IMG/VR virus record: IMGVR_UViG_3300010938_000951
Location: 124,001 to 188,000 of that record
Length of the DNA stretch: 64,000 nucleotides
Direction: 5' to 3' (one strand)
Notes under the pieces: model-generated
Database searches by the model: none
What the model was told of the DNA's origin: nothing
The model's input: only the letters and a program-made list of their open reading frames with translations
Shown: positions 17,945 to 27,593 of the stretch, piece after piece
Layout: each line of letters begins with the position of its first letter
Numbering within the stretch: the first letter of the stretch is position 1
Translations under genes and position numbers: made by a program

Positions 17945-18973
17945 ATGCTTGCACTAGATAAGGTTGATCCACAATTTAGACTAATAGCTGATAGATTGTT
18001 TTTCACAGACAATACGGATTTAGATTTATCAAATTTCAAAATTTTACTTGATGGTAATGAATTTCATTACGGTTATTTATGGGATCGCTTTTTACGCAGT
18101 TCAGAAATTTTTTGGGAAGAAAGTTTTTGGATTAATCGTTTAGATATACTTTTATCTCTACAGTCTAAAAGACTTGATTCAGAAGTAGGAAATTATTTAC
18201 TCTCTCGATTTCGAAGGATGATCGACTTGCGCATCAATCCTACTCCTAAGGTTGATACTGAGTTTATTCAATTTATGGCATGGGTTAAAGTTAGAGTAGC
18301 CCGAAAAGAGGAAGTTCTTTCTATTCGCGATTTCTTTACCAACTTAGTATATACGATTAAAGTTGGCAAATTAACTAACATCATAAACCATTTCATTCCA
18401 TATCTTTTTCAAGATATGAATGAATATCTTGGGGTCTTGGGTAAAAGAGCAGCCGAATCAGCTCGTAGTTTTGAAGTGTTAAAACAATTAGAAAGTCAAG
18501 GCGTTGTAATTGACAAGTCTCCACTATTCAAGCTATCAAAAAATTTACTTCTAAAAAGAGCATTAAATAGACCCAATAGGCGCTCACTTTTTGCCCTGAT
18601 GGATGATAAAGATATTATGAATTATCTCAAATCAGAGTACAAGTTAGACGATCGTAATCGCTTAATCTCGTTTATAAATGCCTGTGACTTTAAAGAAATT
18701 GAAGAATATCATTTACGCAACGTAAAAAATCTATTAGAAATAGATGTGTCAATAGCGGATGAACTATTTACGGCCTACGCAAATAAACTTTGGACTCGTG
18801 GCGTAGGTAATCGTGGCGCCAATGTCAAACGTCTAATTAGACTTTGTAAAACATTTCCTGTCTTTTCTCCAAAGAAAGCTTTAGTCTATCTTTCTACTAC
18901 TGGTAAAATGTCTGATATTAAACCATTAATTCAAGCTTTTCCTGAGTTAAAAACTTTGGCGCCTTTTATATGA
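17945..18973 (+). CDS. Hypothetical alpha-helical protein
   Basis: 342-aa ORF; leaderless start. Confidence 0.75.
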   Translation: MLALDKVDPQFRLIADRLFFTDNTDLDLSNFKILLDGNEFHYGYLWDRFLRSSEIFWEESFWINRLDILLSLQSKRLDSEVGNYLLSRFRRMIDLRINPTPKVDTEFIQFMAWVKVRVARKEEVLSIRDFFTNLVYTIKVGKLTNIINHFIPYLFQDMNEYLGVLGKRAAESARSFEVLKQLESQGVVIDKSPLFKLSKNLLLKRALNRPNRRSLFALMDDKDIMNYLKSEYKLDDRNRLISFINACDFKEIEEYHLRNVKNLLEIDVSIADELFTAYANKLWTRGVGNRGANVKRLIRLCKTFPVFSPKKALVYLSTTGKMSDIKPLIQAFPELKTLAPFI

Positions 18974-19164
18974 TTTGGAATCAATTACCCTATGAGTTAC
19001 AACAAAAAGTCATTGATCGTATTGTAACTTTACTTGAAAATGAAGAAGATGATCTTATGCAAGATGGTCTTATTGCCGCTATTCATGAATTAGAAGTATG
19101 GAGCAATACTCCATGTGAAATAATTGGAGAATATGGTTTTCCAGAAAAGGATCCTTTCAAATGA
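18970..19164 (+). CDS. Hypothetical protein
   Basis: ATGA-coupled ORF. Confidence 0.65.
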   Translation: MIWNQLPYELQQKVIDRIVTLLENEEDDLMQDGLIAAIHELEVWSNTPCEIIGEYGFPEKDPFK

Positions 19165-19496
19165 TTTCAGTAACTGAAAAGGCTGCTTTAAAAATAAAAG
19201 AGATTTCAGATAGTGAAGGTATTGGCCACTATAATGTTCGTGTGCGAGTTGTGGGTGGTGGTTGTGCCGGATTTACATATGATATGTACTATGAAGAGAA
19301 AATTAGCGAGATGGATGAAGTCATCGAGGTTACCGACTATTACGGCACTATCAAGGTCGTAGTTGACCCGCTTTCGCTACAGTATCTTGAAGATACCACA
19401 GTGGATTGGCAGGATGGCGCCTTTGGTGCTGGTTTCAAGTTTATCAATCCAAAGGTTACAGGATCTTGTGGTTGTGGTAGTTCTGTTTCATTTTGA
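19161..19496 (+). CDS. Fe-S cluster A-type carrier (IscA/ErpA/HesB family)
   Basis: GGGCAGFTY, VDPLSLQYL, NPKVTGSCGCGSS. Confidence 0.93.
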   Translation: MISVTEKAALKIKEISDSEGIGHYNVRVRVVGGGCAGFTYDMYYEEKISEMDEVIEVTDYYGTIKVVVDPLSLQYLEDTTVDWQDGAFGAGFKFINPKVTGSCGCGSSVSF

Positions 19497-19504
19497 GGTA
19501 AATT

Positions 19505-19933
19505 ATGGTTGTTGTAGTTCCGCAGATGCGCCACGAGCAAAAGCCCTGTGATGGTTCTTTTATTCGTATCCCGTCTGAAAAACTAAAGACGATGGCTCTT
19601 CAAACTCTTGAGAACATCAAGAAATACAAGGCCAAGGATCGTAAGAGGTTAGCTGACCGGGAACGCAAAGAACTCCAAGAAAAACGAGAGAAGCGTCGCA
19701 ATAGCATCTGGTCCAAAATTTTTGGCTATAAGGAACAGCCTGAGCCAACTGATGAGGAACTTATAAAGATGCATGAGAACAGTGGTAGCCCAGGCTGTAT
19801 ATGGCTCCCGGAAACTTTCTGGATTGATTACCGTTACGAGAAAAATATAGAAGTGGCTCATCGTCTACTCAATGCAACAGAATATGCCGATGAAGTTGCA
19901 GTATCTACTAAGGACTTAGAAAGATTGATATGA
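19505..19933 (+). CDS. Hypothetical protein
   Basis: GAGG SD; ORF track. Confidence 0.7.
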   Translation: MVVVVPQMRHEQKPCDGSFIRIPSEKLKTMALQTLENIKKYKAKDRKRLADRERKELQEKREKRRNSIWSKIFGYKEQPEPTDEELIKMHENSGSPGCIWLPETFWIDYRYEKNIEVAHRLLNATEYADEVAVSTKDLERLI

Positions 19934-20247
19934 ATAATTCATGGACATTGGTAGAGGCTATTGCTTTTGCTAATTCACTACATGAATATATCTATCCATT
20001 AGGATTTGATGTTGCTATAACTGGTAGTATTCTAACTAAAGGTTATAGTGAAAAGGATTTAGATTTGGTGATATATCCTTTAAAAAAGATATCATCTAAC
20101 TATACGAATTTGATTAGTAAGCTTCCAAATTTCGGATTAAAATTTATCCGTCTGCCCAATCATAATCTTGGTTATCAAGACGATGGTAAAAATGTTCAAG
20201 TTTGGGAGCATAATAACAAACGTGTAGATTTATTTTTCTTGAGTTAG
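19930..20247 (+). CDS. Minimal nucleotidyltransferase-like protein (TAG stop; readthrough would end at TGA 20253)
   Basis: GSILTKGYSEKDLDLVI fits the Pol-beta GS..DxD signature, with distal D in RVDLFF. Confidence 0.65.
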   Translation: MNNSWTLVEAIAFANSLHEYIYPLGFDVAITGSILTKGYSEKDLDLVIYPLKKISSNYTNLISKLPNFGLKFIRLPNHNLGYQDDGKNVQVWEHNNKRVDLFFLS

Positions 20248-20249
20248 TT

Positions 20250-21362
20250 ATGAGCAAGCACCCCGTATTAGATTTAATTGTTAAAAAGAGTCCACATTTA
20301 AGCTGGATTGAGGATAATACTGCGCTATTAGTGCGCCATGGTTCTCATGCTTATGGCACTAATACTGCAACATCCGATGAAGATTTTAAGGGCATTGCAA
20401 TCCCAACTAAGAAATACTTTTTGGGTACTATGCATCGCTTTGAACAGGCTGAGTTGAAAGCGCCTGATCCTGATGCGGTTATCTATGATATTCGTAAGTT
20501 TTTCAATTTAGCTGCTGATTGCAACCCTAACATCATTGAGGTTTTACATACGGACCCATCTGACCATTTTCTGGTAAGTCCGATTGGTGAAGAGATTTTA
20601 GCTCATAAAGATGACTTCTTATCTAAGAAAATTAAGTTTACCTTTATGGGTTATTCGGTAGCACAGCTCAAAAGAATCAAGACTCATAAACGCTGGATCA
20701 TGAATCCACCATCTGCTCCGCCAACCAGAGCCAGTTTGGGATTACCAGAACAGACCTTGATTCCACAAGATCAGCTAATGGCTGCTCAAGCCGAAGTGCA
20801 GAAAGAATTAGATAGATTCCAGTTCGACTTCATGGAGGGCATGGAAGAGTCAGCCAAGGTTGGACTACGTAGTACGGTCTCCGAAATGCTGGCAGAGTTG
20901 AAGATCACTTCTGACCAACACTGGGAAGCCGCGGCTCGAAAGATTGGCCTTAGTGATAATTTAATTCTTGTTATGCAGCGCGAACGCGAGTATGCAGCAG
21001 CTAAACGAGAATGGGATCAGTATCAGAACTGGAAGAAAACTCGTAATCCGGCCAGGGCCGCACTAGAAGAAAAGTTTGGTTATGACACCAAACATGCCTA
21101 TCATTTAGTGAGACTCATTCGTATGTGCCGAGAGATTCTCACTACTGGTAAAGTTTTAGTGAAGCGTCCCGACCGAGAAGAGCTGTTAACTATTCGCAAT
21201 GGTGCTTGGTCTTATGAACAGTTAATTGAGTTTGCTGACCGTGAGGAAAAAGAACTCAATGAGTTGTATAACATTACTACAGTTTTGCCCAAAATGCCCG
21301 ATAGAGAAAAGCTTGACGCATTGTGTATTCGATTAGTTGAGCGCTCTTTATCTGGTGTATAA
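20250..21362 (+). CDS. Predicted nucleotidyltransferase (phage Nuc-transf type)
   Basis: HGSHAYGTNTATSDEDFKG, NPNIIEVL, YDTKHAYHLVRL. Confidence 0.85.
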   Translation: MSKHPVLDLIVKKSPHLSWIEDNTALLVRHGSHAYGTNTATSDEDFKGIAIPTKKYFLGTMHRFEQAELKAPDPDAVIYDIRKFFNLAADCNPNIIEVLHTDPSDHFLVSPIGEEILAHKDDFLSKKIKFTFMGYSVAQLKRIKTHKRWIMNPPSAPPTRASLGLPEQTLIPQDQLMAAQAEVQKELDRFQFDFMEGMEESAKVGLRSTVSEMLAELKITSDQHWEAAARKIGLSDNLILVMQREREYAAAKREWDQYQNWKKTRNPARAALEEKFGYDTKHAYHLVRLIRMCREILTTGKVLVKRPDREELLTIRNGAWSYEQLIEFADREEKELNELYNITTVLPKMPDREKLDALCIRLVERSLSGV

Positions 21363-21381
21363 TTTCGTATCTAAGTACAGT

Positions 21382-21729
21382 ATGGGAACCGAAAACACCT
21401 ATCATATTTTTGTATCACCTATAGCCGCTGAGCAAGTCAAATTACAACTTGAACGGCGAGGAACACCACAATCTTGTTTAAGGCTTGGTATTAAAGGTGG
21501 AGGTTGTTCTGGGTTTTCATATGTACTTAGATTCGAAGATGACCCTCCAAAGGATCGAGATGTTGTGTTTGAACAGCACAACATTAAAATTGTAGTTGAT
21601 AAAAAGAGTTTAGTTTATCTTAACGGAGCTACATTGGATTGGGAGAAATCTCTGATGAAGCAGGGATTTAAATTTATTAATCCAAATGAAAAATCTAGTT
21701 GTGGTTGCGGACACTCTTTTACAGTTTGA
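21382..21729 (+). CDS. Fe-S cluster A-type carrier (IscA/SufA family), second paralog
   Basis: GIKGGGCSGFSY, VDKKSLVYLNG, NPNEKSSCGCGHSF. Confidence 0.93.
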   Translation: MGTENTYHIFVSPIAAEQVKLQLERRGTPQSCLRLGIKGGGCSGFSYVLRFEDDPPKDRDVVFEQHNIKIVVDKKSLVYLNGATLDWEKSLMKQGFKFINPNEKSSCGCGHSFTV

Positions 21730-21736
21730 TGAAGGA

Positions 21737-21967
21737 ATGAACATGATTCATGGAATCTATTTGAGAAGCAAACCAAAAAACAAGTGGCTTTTGGTCTCTC
21801 AGACTATTTCGCCGGAAATGGCACATATGGAGGTTGAAGCTTTTAAAAAGCAAGCGGCTGAAGATGGTTTAGACCAAGCTGAGGTAGCAATTCAAACTTT
21901 TGATTCTGCATTTTTTATTCCAGAGACTTTGGTTGAATTAAAAGAACGGAAAATTCTATATAACTAA
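21737..21967 (+). CDS. Hypothetical protein
   Basis: AAGGA SD; ORF track. Confidence 0.65.
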   Translation: MNMIHGIYLRSKPKNKWLLVSQTISPEMAHMEVEAFKKQAAEDGLDQAEVAIQTFDSAFFIPETLVELKERKILYN

Positions 21968-21969
21968 TT

Positions 21970-22902
21970 ATGAGCCAATTAAATAAGTTTGAAGCTCTAC
22001 TCTATGAGTTTGAAGAGCCGTCAGTATCTAAAAGGCAAATAGATAAGCTTATTTCTCTTCTAAACAAGAGTCATGTGTATAGTACAATATTTGACAGTTA
22101 TGTATCTCGGAGATTACAGGCAAATATTCATCCTGAACGCCTATTGAATATGGCTTATAATTTAGAAAAGAATGATAATACAAAGTATCTTAGTGAATCC
22201 ATTAATGTGGCAGTTGCTAATAGTATTATTTTAAAAGATGAAAATTATGATCAGTTCTATTTTATGAACCGGCATGATATTCGTGTTGAGAACCATATTT
22301 TCAAAACAGTGATTGAGAAAATTGGAGATTGTCTTGATAAGTCATCAATAGATATTATTACAAAGATTGCTTTTAATATTCGAATGGATAAACATCTATT
22401 ATTGTTAAAAGCGCTTGGAACGGTTGAATTTAGTAGTTTTCGAACTGCTTTGTTTATGGACCGGCTGGAGATTCAAGATCAGTATATGTTGGCGGTAAGG
22501 GCTTTTGAGGATAATAATGAGATTGCCCCCAAATTATTAAAGTTCTCAAATAAAAACTTATACAATCATATGTCTGGTTTAGTATCTAAAAATGGCGATA
22601 AAGATCAATTTATTACTGCCTTAAGAAATTCCGTTATTGAGATTGAGAAAATTGAATATAATGATTTTATATATTTCCTTCTCACAACAAATGCAGATCA
22701 CATTCCATCTACATTAGGAAGATTATATGTGCGGGCAGAACAGGAAGGTAGATTCAGCTATCTGTTAACAGTATGTGCACATAAAAATAAGAAAGATGTA
22801 TTAAGAACTCTTTGTCAAACGAAAGACAAAGAGTTAATTGATAAATTTTTCTCGATCTATAAAGATCATCCAGATGTGAAACATCTAGTTCCTTTCTTGT
22901 GA
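21970..22902 (+). CDS. Hypothetical alpha-helical protein
   Basis: 310-aa ORF; leaderless start. Confidence 0.75.
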   Translation: MSQLNKFEALLYEFEEPSVSKRQIDKLISLLNKSHVYSTIFDSYVSRRLQANIHPERLLNMAYNLEKNDNTKYLSESINVAVANSIILKDENYDQFYFMNRHDIRVENHIFKTVIEKIGDCLDKSSIDIITKIAFNIRMDKHLLLLKALGTVEFSSFRTALFMDRLEIQDQYMLAVRAFEDNNEIAPKLLKFSNKNLYNHMSGLVSKNGDKDQFITALRNSVIEIEKIEYNDFIYFLLTTNADHIPSTLGRLYVRAEQEGRFSYLLTVCAHKNKKDVLRTLCQTKDKELIDKFFSIYKDHPDVKHLVPFL

Positions 22903-22941
22903 GGTATCTGTTATATAGTCATGTGATATCTCAAAGGAAAC

Positions 22942-24048
22942 ATGACTAATGCTTTAAATCTCCAAGAGCTGGATCAAGAACAAGCTCTCAATCTTACCAA
23001 ATTTTTCATCCAATCACAACATAATGTGTTCCTGTTTGGTAGGCGCGGGGTAGGTAAAACTGATATTGCAATTCAGGCTGCACGAGAATGTGGCTATAAA
23101 ATCAATTATATTAATTTAAGTGTAATTGAGAGGCCGGATTTAGCAGGATATCCTGATATGAATTCGCCTGGTGATGTTATCAATTTTAAATCACCAAATT
23201 TTCTACCCAAACTATTAGATGGTTATAAACCAGATAGCGTGATTCTATTTGATGAAGTGGACAAGGTTCAACCAGAAGTAACTGCTCCATTATTAGAGAT
23301 CCTTCTTTTCAAAAAAATTAATGGTATACCCATCAATGCTGCGTCTTGTATTTTGACTGGCAATTTAGCACATGAGGGCGCCTACTCCAATGAAATAAGT
23401 TCGGCTTTATTGGATCGTGGCGCCAAATTTATATTACAGTTCAATTTTGAAAAGTGGGTTGATTGGGCTAAGGCACATAACGTTCATGATCTTATCTTAG
23501 GTTTTTTACGTAGTGATCCTGATTTTGCTTGCGGAAAAGAAGAAGATTCATTTTACGCTTCACCATCACCGAGAAGTTGGACTTGGGCATCAGACGCGCT
23601 TTTAAGAGCAAAAGATTTAAAGGTGACTGATATAGACTCCGTCACTCAAATCATTTCAGGTTATGTCGGAAGTGAGGCGGGGTTAAGGTTCAAGTTATGG
23701 TATGAACATTATCGTAAATTTGAACCGCATGTTCATTCTTTAATTGACCGTGGCGAAATGTCTCTCAATTATAGTGACTTAATGCCTACTGAGAGAGTAG
23801 TGTTTGTAGTGTCTGCATGCTATTATGCAAAACAACGAGTATTCAAAGATAAATCTAAGAATAGATTTGCATATCTAGAGAACTTATGTAACTTCTTTCA
23901 ACAGTGCAAAGTAGAATCAGAAGTCCAAATTATGGGCCTCCATAATTCTTTTGATTTTGATATGATTAGGTCACACAAATTATATACGTGTAAACCATTT
24001 TTCGATCTCTTTACTAAGCTGAGTGAAAACGTTACGTTCAAGAAATAA
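22942..24048 (+). CDS. MoxR-like AAA+ ATPase, paralog of 8501..9631
   Basis: GRRGVGKT, INLSVIERPDLAGYPD, LFDEVDKV, TGN, LLDR, SPRSW. Confidence 0.85.
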   Translation: MTNALNLQELDQEQALNLTKFFIQSQHNVFLFGRRGVGKTDIAIQAARECGYKINYINLSVIERPDLAGYPDMNSPGDVINFKSPNFLPKLLDGYKPDSVILFDEVDKVQPEVTAPLLEILLFKKINGIPINAASCILTGNLAHEGAYSNEISSALLDRGAKFILQFNFEKWVDWAKAHNVHDLILGFLRSDPDFACGKEEDSFYASPSPRSWTWASDALLRAKDLKVTDIDSVTQIISGYVGSEAGLRFKLWYEHYRKFEPHVHSLIDRGEMSLNYSDLMPTERVVFVVSACYYAKQRVFKDKSKNRFAYLENLCNFFQQCKVESEVQIMGLHNSFDFDMIRSHKLYTCKPFFDLFTKLSENVTFKK

Positions 24049-24058
24049 TGGCGCGCCC

Positions 24059-24087
24059 TTGACATCCTAATTTTTAGGATTTATGTT
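24059..24087 (+). promoter_or_regulatory. sigma70-type promoter with palindromic spacer
   Basis: TTGACA-N17-TATGTT; ATCCTAA-ttt-TTAGGAT. Confidence 0.7.
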
Positions 24088-24103
24088 CTCGATGTGAGGT
24101 CGT

Positions 24104-24427
24104 ATGAGTAATGTTGTTCATGTAGATGATAATAATTTTGAAACCGAAGTTCTTCAATCTGACGTTCCGGTATTGGTAGATTTTGGTGCCACATGGTGTG
24201 GCCCATGCCAAAGACAATTGCCTATTGTAGAAAAGTTTGCAACTGATAATAGCAATGTGAAAGTTTGTAAAGTGGATATTGATGATGCTCCAGCTATAGC
24301 CTCTAAGCTAGGTATTCGTGGAGTTCCTACTTTAATGCTTTTCAATGAGGGCAAGTCTGTAGGCTCTAAAGTTGGACTAACCTCTCTTGCTGAGATTAGT
24401 AACTTCGTATTGACTAAGACCGGCTAA
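24104..24427 (+). CDS. trxA: Thioredoxin
   Basis: VDFGATWCGPC, GVPTL. Confidence 0.95.
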   Translation: MSNVVHVDDNNFETEVLQSDVPVLVDFGATWCGPCQRQLPIVEKFATDNSNVKVCKVDIDDAPAIASKLGIRGVPTLMLFNEGKSVGSKVGLTSLAEISNFVLTKTG

Positions 24428-24462
24428 TATAGTTAGCCATTACAATTTAACACGAAATGAGG

Positions 24463-24484
24463 GCCGGCTTCTGCTGGCTTTTTA
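24463..24484 (+). terminator. Intrinsic terminator
   Basis: GCCGGC-ttct-GCTGGC followed by a T tract. Confidence 0.55.
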
Positions 24485-24488
24485 CTTT

Positions 24489-24716
24489 ATGGATATTCAT
24501 ACTGCTGCTAAATATATGGAACAAGGCTATCGAATCAAACGTGATAGTGACCCCGATATGTTGTATTTATATTACAAAGATGATGCTTTGTGGATATGTT
24601 ACAATTTTGTAGGACATTTGCCGGCCCATATCTTAATAGAAGATTTATTGGCTACTGATTGGGAATTGATTACTGATAATATTATTAGTTATTTCCCTAT
24701 TACCTACGATAAGTAA
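24489..24716 (+). CDS. Hypothetical protein (Thoeris anti-defense Tad2-like / DUF2829-like motif)
   Basis: AAKYMEQGYRIKR ... EDLLATDWE resembles the ..DLLA.DW family. Confidence 0.45.
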   Translation: MDIHTAAKYMEQGYRIKRDSDPDMLYLYYKDDALWICYNFVGHLPAHILIEDLLATDWELITDNIISYFPITYDK

Positions 24717-24720
24717 GAAC

Positions 24721-25116
24721 ATGTTTATATTTTTGATGATTGTGGCTAGTATAGTTAGCTATATTGTTATAGCTGGGATTACACACGGTTACGCCAAACA
24801 TCGCTGGCCTCCCAAGATTGAAAGACGCCAAGTGTGGACAGGTTCTGCATGGGAGTGGCGAAATCAAGATGATAATAGTGGTAATAGAGTTGCATCCACT
24901 TTATTCTGGCCCTTCTATTGGATATTTATCTGGCCTTTCACTAAAATGAATGAAGTAACCTTCTCTCGTATGGAAAAAAGTGCCGGGTTAGAACTGGTTA
25001 AAAATAAAACTCGTATTGCTGAGCTTCGTGCGACCCGTGACCAATTAGCTGCCTCTAATGCAGAATTAGAGCGGGCAGAAGAAGAATTAGAAAAAGAAAT
25101 CGCTAAAACACTGTAA
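24721..25116 (+). CDS. Membrane protein with C-terminal coiled coil
   Basis: Two hydrophobic segments plus a heptad tail. Confidence 0.7.
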   Translation: MFIFLMIVASIVSYIVIAGITHGYAKHRWPPKIERRQVWTGSAWEWRNQDDNSGNRVASTLFWPFYWIFIWPFTKMNEVTFSRMEKSAGLELVKNKTRIAELRATRDQLAASNAELERAEEELEKEIAKTL

Positions 25117-25125
25117 AGAGGAAAG

Positions 25126-26061
25126 ATGTCTCAAGTAAAAATGGTTATTGGATTTCCCGCATCTGGTAAGAGTACAGTCACCAAAGATTTGATCAAGAAT
25201 GGAGCAGTCGCACTAAATCGAGACACAGAAGGCGGAACTATCGTTGGACTTTTACCAAAGCTAGAACAATTGCTTAAAGATGGTAAGGATGTTGTACTTG
25301 ATAACACATTTCCCACCATTGAGGTTCGTAAACCATTTATCGAGTTATCTAAAAAGTATGGCGCTGACATTAGCTGTACGTTAATGAGTACTTCGATTGA
25401 AGACGCTCAATTTAACGTTGTTCAGCGCACTATTGGTTTAGTTGGTGAGTTTCCAACCCCAGAAGTAATCAAGAAAGCTAAACATACTAATATTTTTCCA
25501 CCAACAGTTCTTTTCAAATACAAAAAAGAATTTCAGAAGCCAACTATAGAAGAAGGCTTTTCTAAAGTTGAAGTACACAAGTTTGTTCGACAAATCAATC
25601 CTGAATTTACTAACAAAGCTTTGATTGTAGATTATGATGGAACCTTACGAGAGTGTATTGGTGGAAACGAAAAATTTCCTGTTGCTAAAGAGCAAATTGA
25701 AATCAAACCAAATCGCACCAAAGTTCTAGAAGAGTACAAGAAAAAGGGCTATCGCCTCCTTGGTATTTCAAATCAAAGCGGAGTTCACAAAGGTGAATTA
25801 AGCCATGAGACCGCTGTAGAGTTATTCGAGCACACTAATAAATTGCTTGGCGTTGATATTGAATATAGGTTCTGTCCACATCAATCAGCTCCAATTTCTT
25901 GTTATTGTCGCAAACCTATGCCTGGTATTTTCGTGGAGTTTATGCTCAAGTACAAACTAAATCCAAAAGAATGTATCTTTGTAGGAGATATGACTACGGA
26001 TGAAACATTCGCAAAACGAGCTGGTATACAATATGTAGATCAAGCGGAGTTTTTCAAATGA
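25126..26061 (+). CDS. P-loop kinase plus HAD-IIIA phosphatase (PNKP-like)
   Basis: GFPASGKST; DYDGTL, SNQSG, CRKPMPG, VGDMTTD. Confidence 0.85.
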   Translation: MSQVKMVIGFPASGKSTVTKDLIKNGAVALNRDTEGGTIVGLLPKLEQLLKDGKDVVLDNTFPTIEVRKPFIELSKKYGADISCTLMSTSIEDAQFNVVQRTIGLVGEFPTPEVIKKAKHTNIFPPTVLFKYKKEFQKPTIEEGFSKVEVHKFVRQINPEFTNKALIVDYDGTLRECIGGNEKFPVAKEQIEIKPNRTKVLEEYKKKGYRLLGISNQSGVHKGELSHETAVELFEHTNKLLGVDIEYRFCPHQSAPISCYCRKPMPGIFVEFMLKYKLNPKECIFVGDMTTDETFAKRAGIQYVDQAEFFK

Positions 26062-26396
26062 AAAAGAAGAAGCTATTACTTATTTGTCCAGAAGATAAAG
26101 AATATAAAATGTTTCTTCATTATGATAAGGTTATCAAGGGCGGTATAATTAGTCCTTTCCAATTGATGGTTGATGCTTTGCGGGGCCAATCTTGGCCCCT
26201 TGTAGACCTCAAAGCAACACGTGATGCTATAGCACAAGATTTCAGATATTTACTTTTATACAAAAGGTATGAGTCACTGAGGCTATATTCTAAAAATACA
26301 CTTTCATATGATGAGAACGGATTTCATTTAGATGGTCATGTGTTTGAAACACTAGATGAAGTAGAAAAAGCTCTTAGACTAAAATCTTTTTTGTGA
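26058..26396 (+). CDS. Hypothetical protein
   Basis: ATGA-coupled ORF. Confidence 0.65.
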   Translation: MKKKKLLLICPEDKEYKMFLHYDKVIKGGIISPFQLMVDALRGQSWPLVDLKATRDAIAQDFRYLLLYKRYESLRLYSKNTLSYDENGFHLDGHVFETLDEVEKALRLKSFL

Positions 26397-26405
26397 GGAT
26401 TTATT

Positions 26406-26642
26406 ATGGCAAAGAAACATATTCATGTCGTTTGGTCAACAGACGATAAAAATTGGCAAATCAAAAAAGAGGGCAACAAAAATGCCCTCGCGACTACCAA
26501 AACTAAAAAAGAAGCATTGGAAGTAGGAAAAGAATTTGCCAAATTAAATAAAGTAGAATTAGTTATTCATAATAAAGATGGTAAAATATCTGATAAAGAT
26601 AGCTATGGAAACGAATCTAAAGTTAAAGATACAGTTAATTAA
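26406..26642 (+). CDS. DUF2188-family protein
   Basis: HVV..W.IKKEG, LVIHNKDGKI, DSYGN. Confidence 0.85.
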   Translation: MAKKHIHVVWSTDDKNWQIKKEGNKNALATTKTKKEALEVGKEFAKLNKVELVIHNKDGKISDKDSYGNESKVKDTVN

Positions 26643-26651
26643 AGGCATATA

Positions 26652-27593
26652 ATGATTAAGGTAGAAATGTTAGTTGGTATGCCTGCCTCAGGTAAGTCTA
26701 CTTACGCCAAGCAGGTTGTTGCCAAAGACCCAAGCAATTGGGTTAGAGTAAATAACGATGATTTACGTGCCATGATGAATGGCAGTGTTTGGAGTGCAGA
26801 TTATGAAAAGATGGTCACGGATGCTCGTAACTACCTTATTCGAGATGCCTTGAAACGCGGCAAAAATGTTATCATTGACAATCTCAATTTGAACAGGCGC
26901 CATTTCGATGATGTATGCAAAATTGCTAAATCAGTTAATGCCGACATTCAGGTTTATGAAAAAACTTTCTATATTGACTTGGATGAAGCCATGGAGCGCA
27001 ATGCAAAGCGTGAAGGTGCTGCCCGAGTTCCTGATGAGGCTATGAAGAAATGGTGGAAAGAATCTGGCAAAACCCAGTTCAAATTCTATAAGCCACGAGT
27101 TGAAATTTTTAAAGAGCAAAAAGGTTCTGCTCCAGAATTTGCTCCTCCTGTTTGGGATGACAAGCTTCCGACAGCAGTTCTTTGCGATTTGGATGGTACA
27201 CTTGCTTTAATTCACAATCGTAGTCCATATGACGCCACTGACTGTGATGTTAAAGACTTGCCAAACTGGCCGGTGATTGAAACAATCATTGCTCATTGGA
27301 AAGCTGGTCGCAAGATCATTTTCTGTTCTGGGCGTGAAGATAAACACCGCGAGGCAACTATTAGGTTTATTGAGAAATATTGCCTAGTAGATGGAAACCC
27401 AATCGAGTATCAACTCTATATGCGCAAAACTGATGACTTCCGTAAGGATGCTATCATTAAAGAAGAAATCTACAATGAACACATCGAAGGACAATATAAT
27501 GTGCTTTGTGTGCTCGATGATCGTAATCAAGTTGTAGATTTTTGGAGAAGCAAGGGGCTTACTTGCTTCCAGGTCGCTCCCGGCAATTTCTAA
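26652..27593 (+). CDS. pseT: Polynucleotide 5'-kinase/3'-phosphatase (T4 PseT-like)
   Basis: GMPASGKST, NNDDLR, CDLDGTLA, SGRE, MRKTDDFRKD, LDDRNQVV. Confidence 0.9.
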   Translation: MIKVEMLVGMPASGKSTYAKQVVAKDPSNWVRVNNDDLRAMMNGSVWSADYEKMVTDARNYLIRDALKRGKNVIIDNLNLNRRHFDDVCKIAKSVNADIQVYEKTFYIDLDEAMERNAKREGAARVPDEAMKKWWKESGKTQFKFYKPRVEIFKEQKGSAPEFAPPVWDDKLPTAVLCDLDGTLALIHNRSPYDATDCDVKDLPNWPVIETIIAHWKAGRKIIFCSGREDKHREATIRFIEKYCLVDGNPIEYQLYMRKTDDFRKDAIIKEEIYNEHIEGQYNVLCVLDDRNQVVDFWRSKGLTCFQVAPGNF

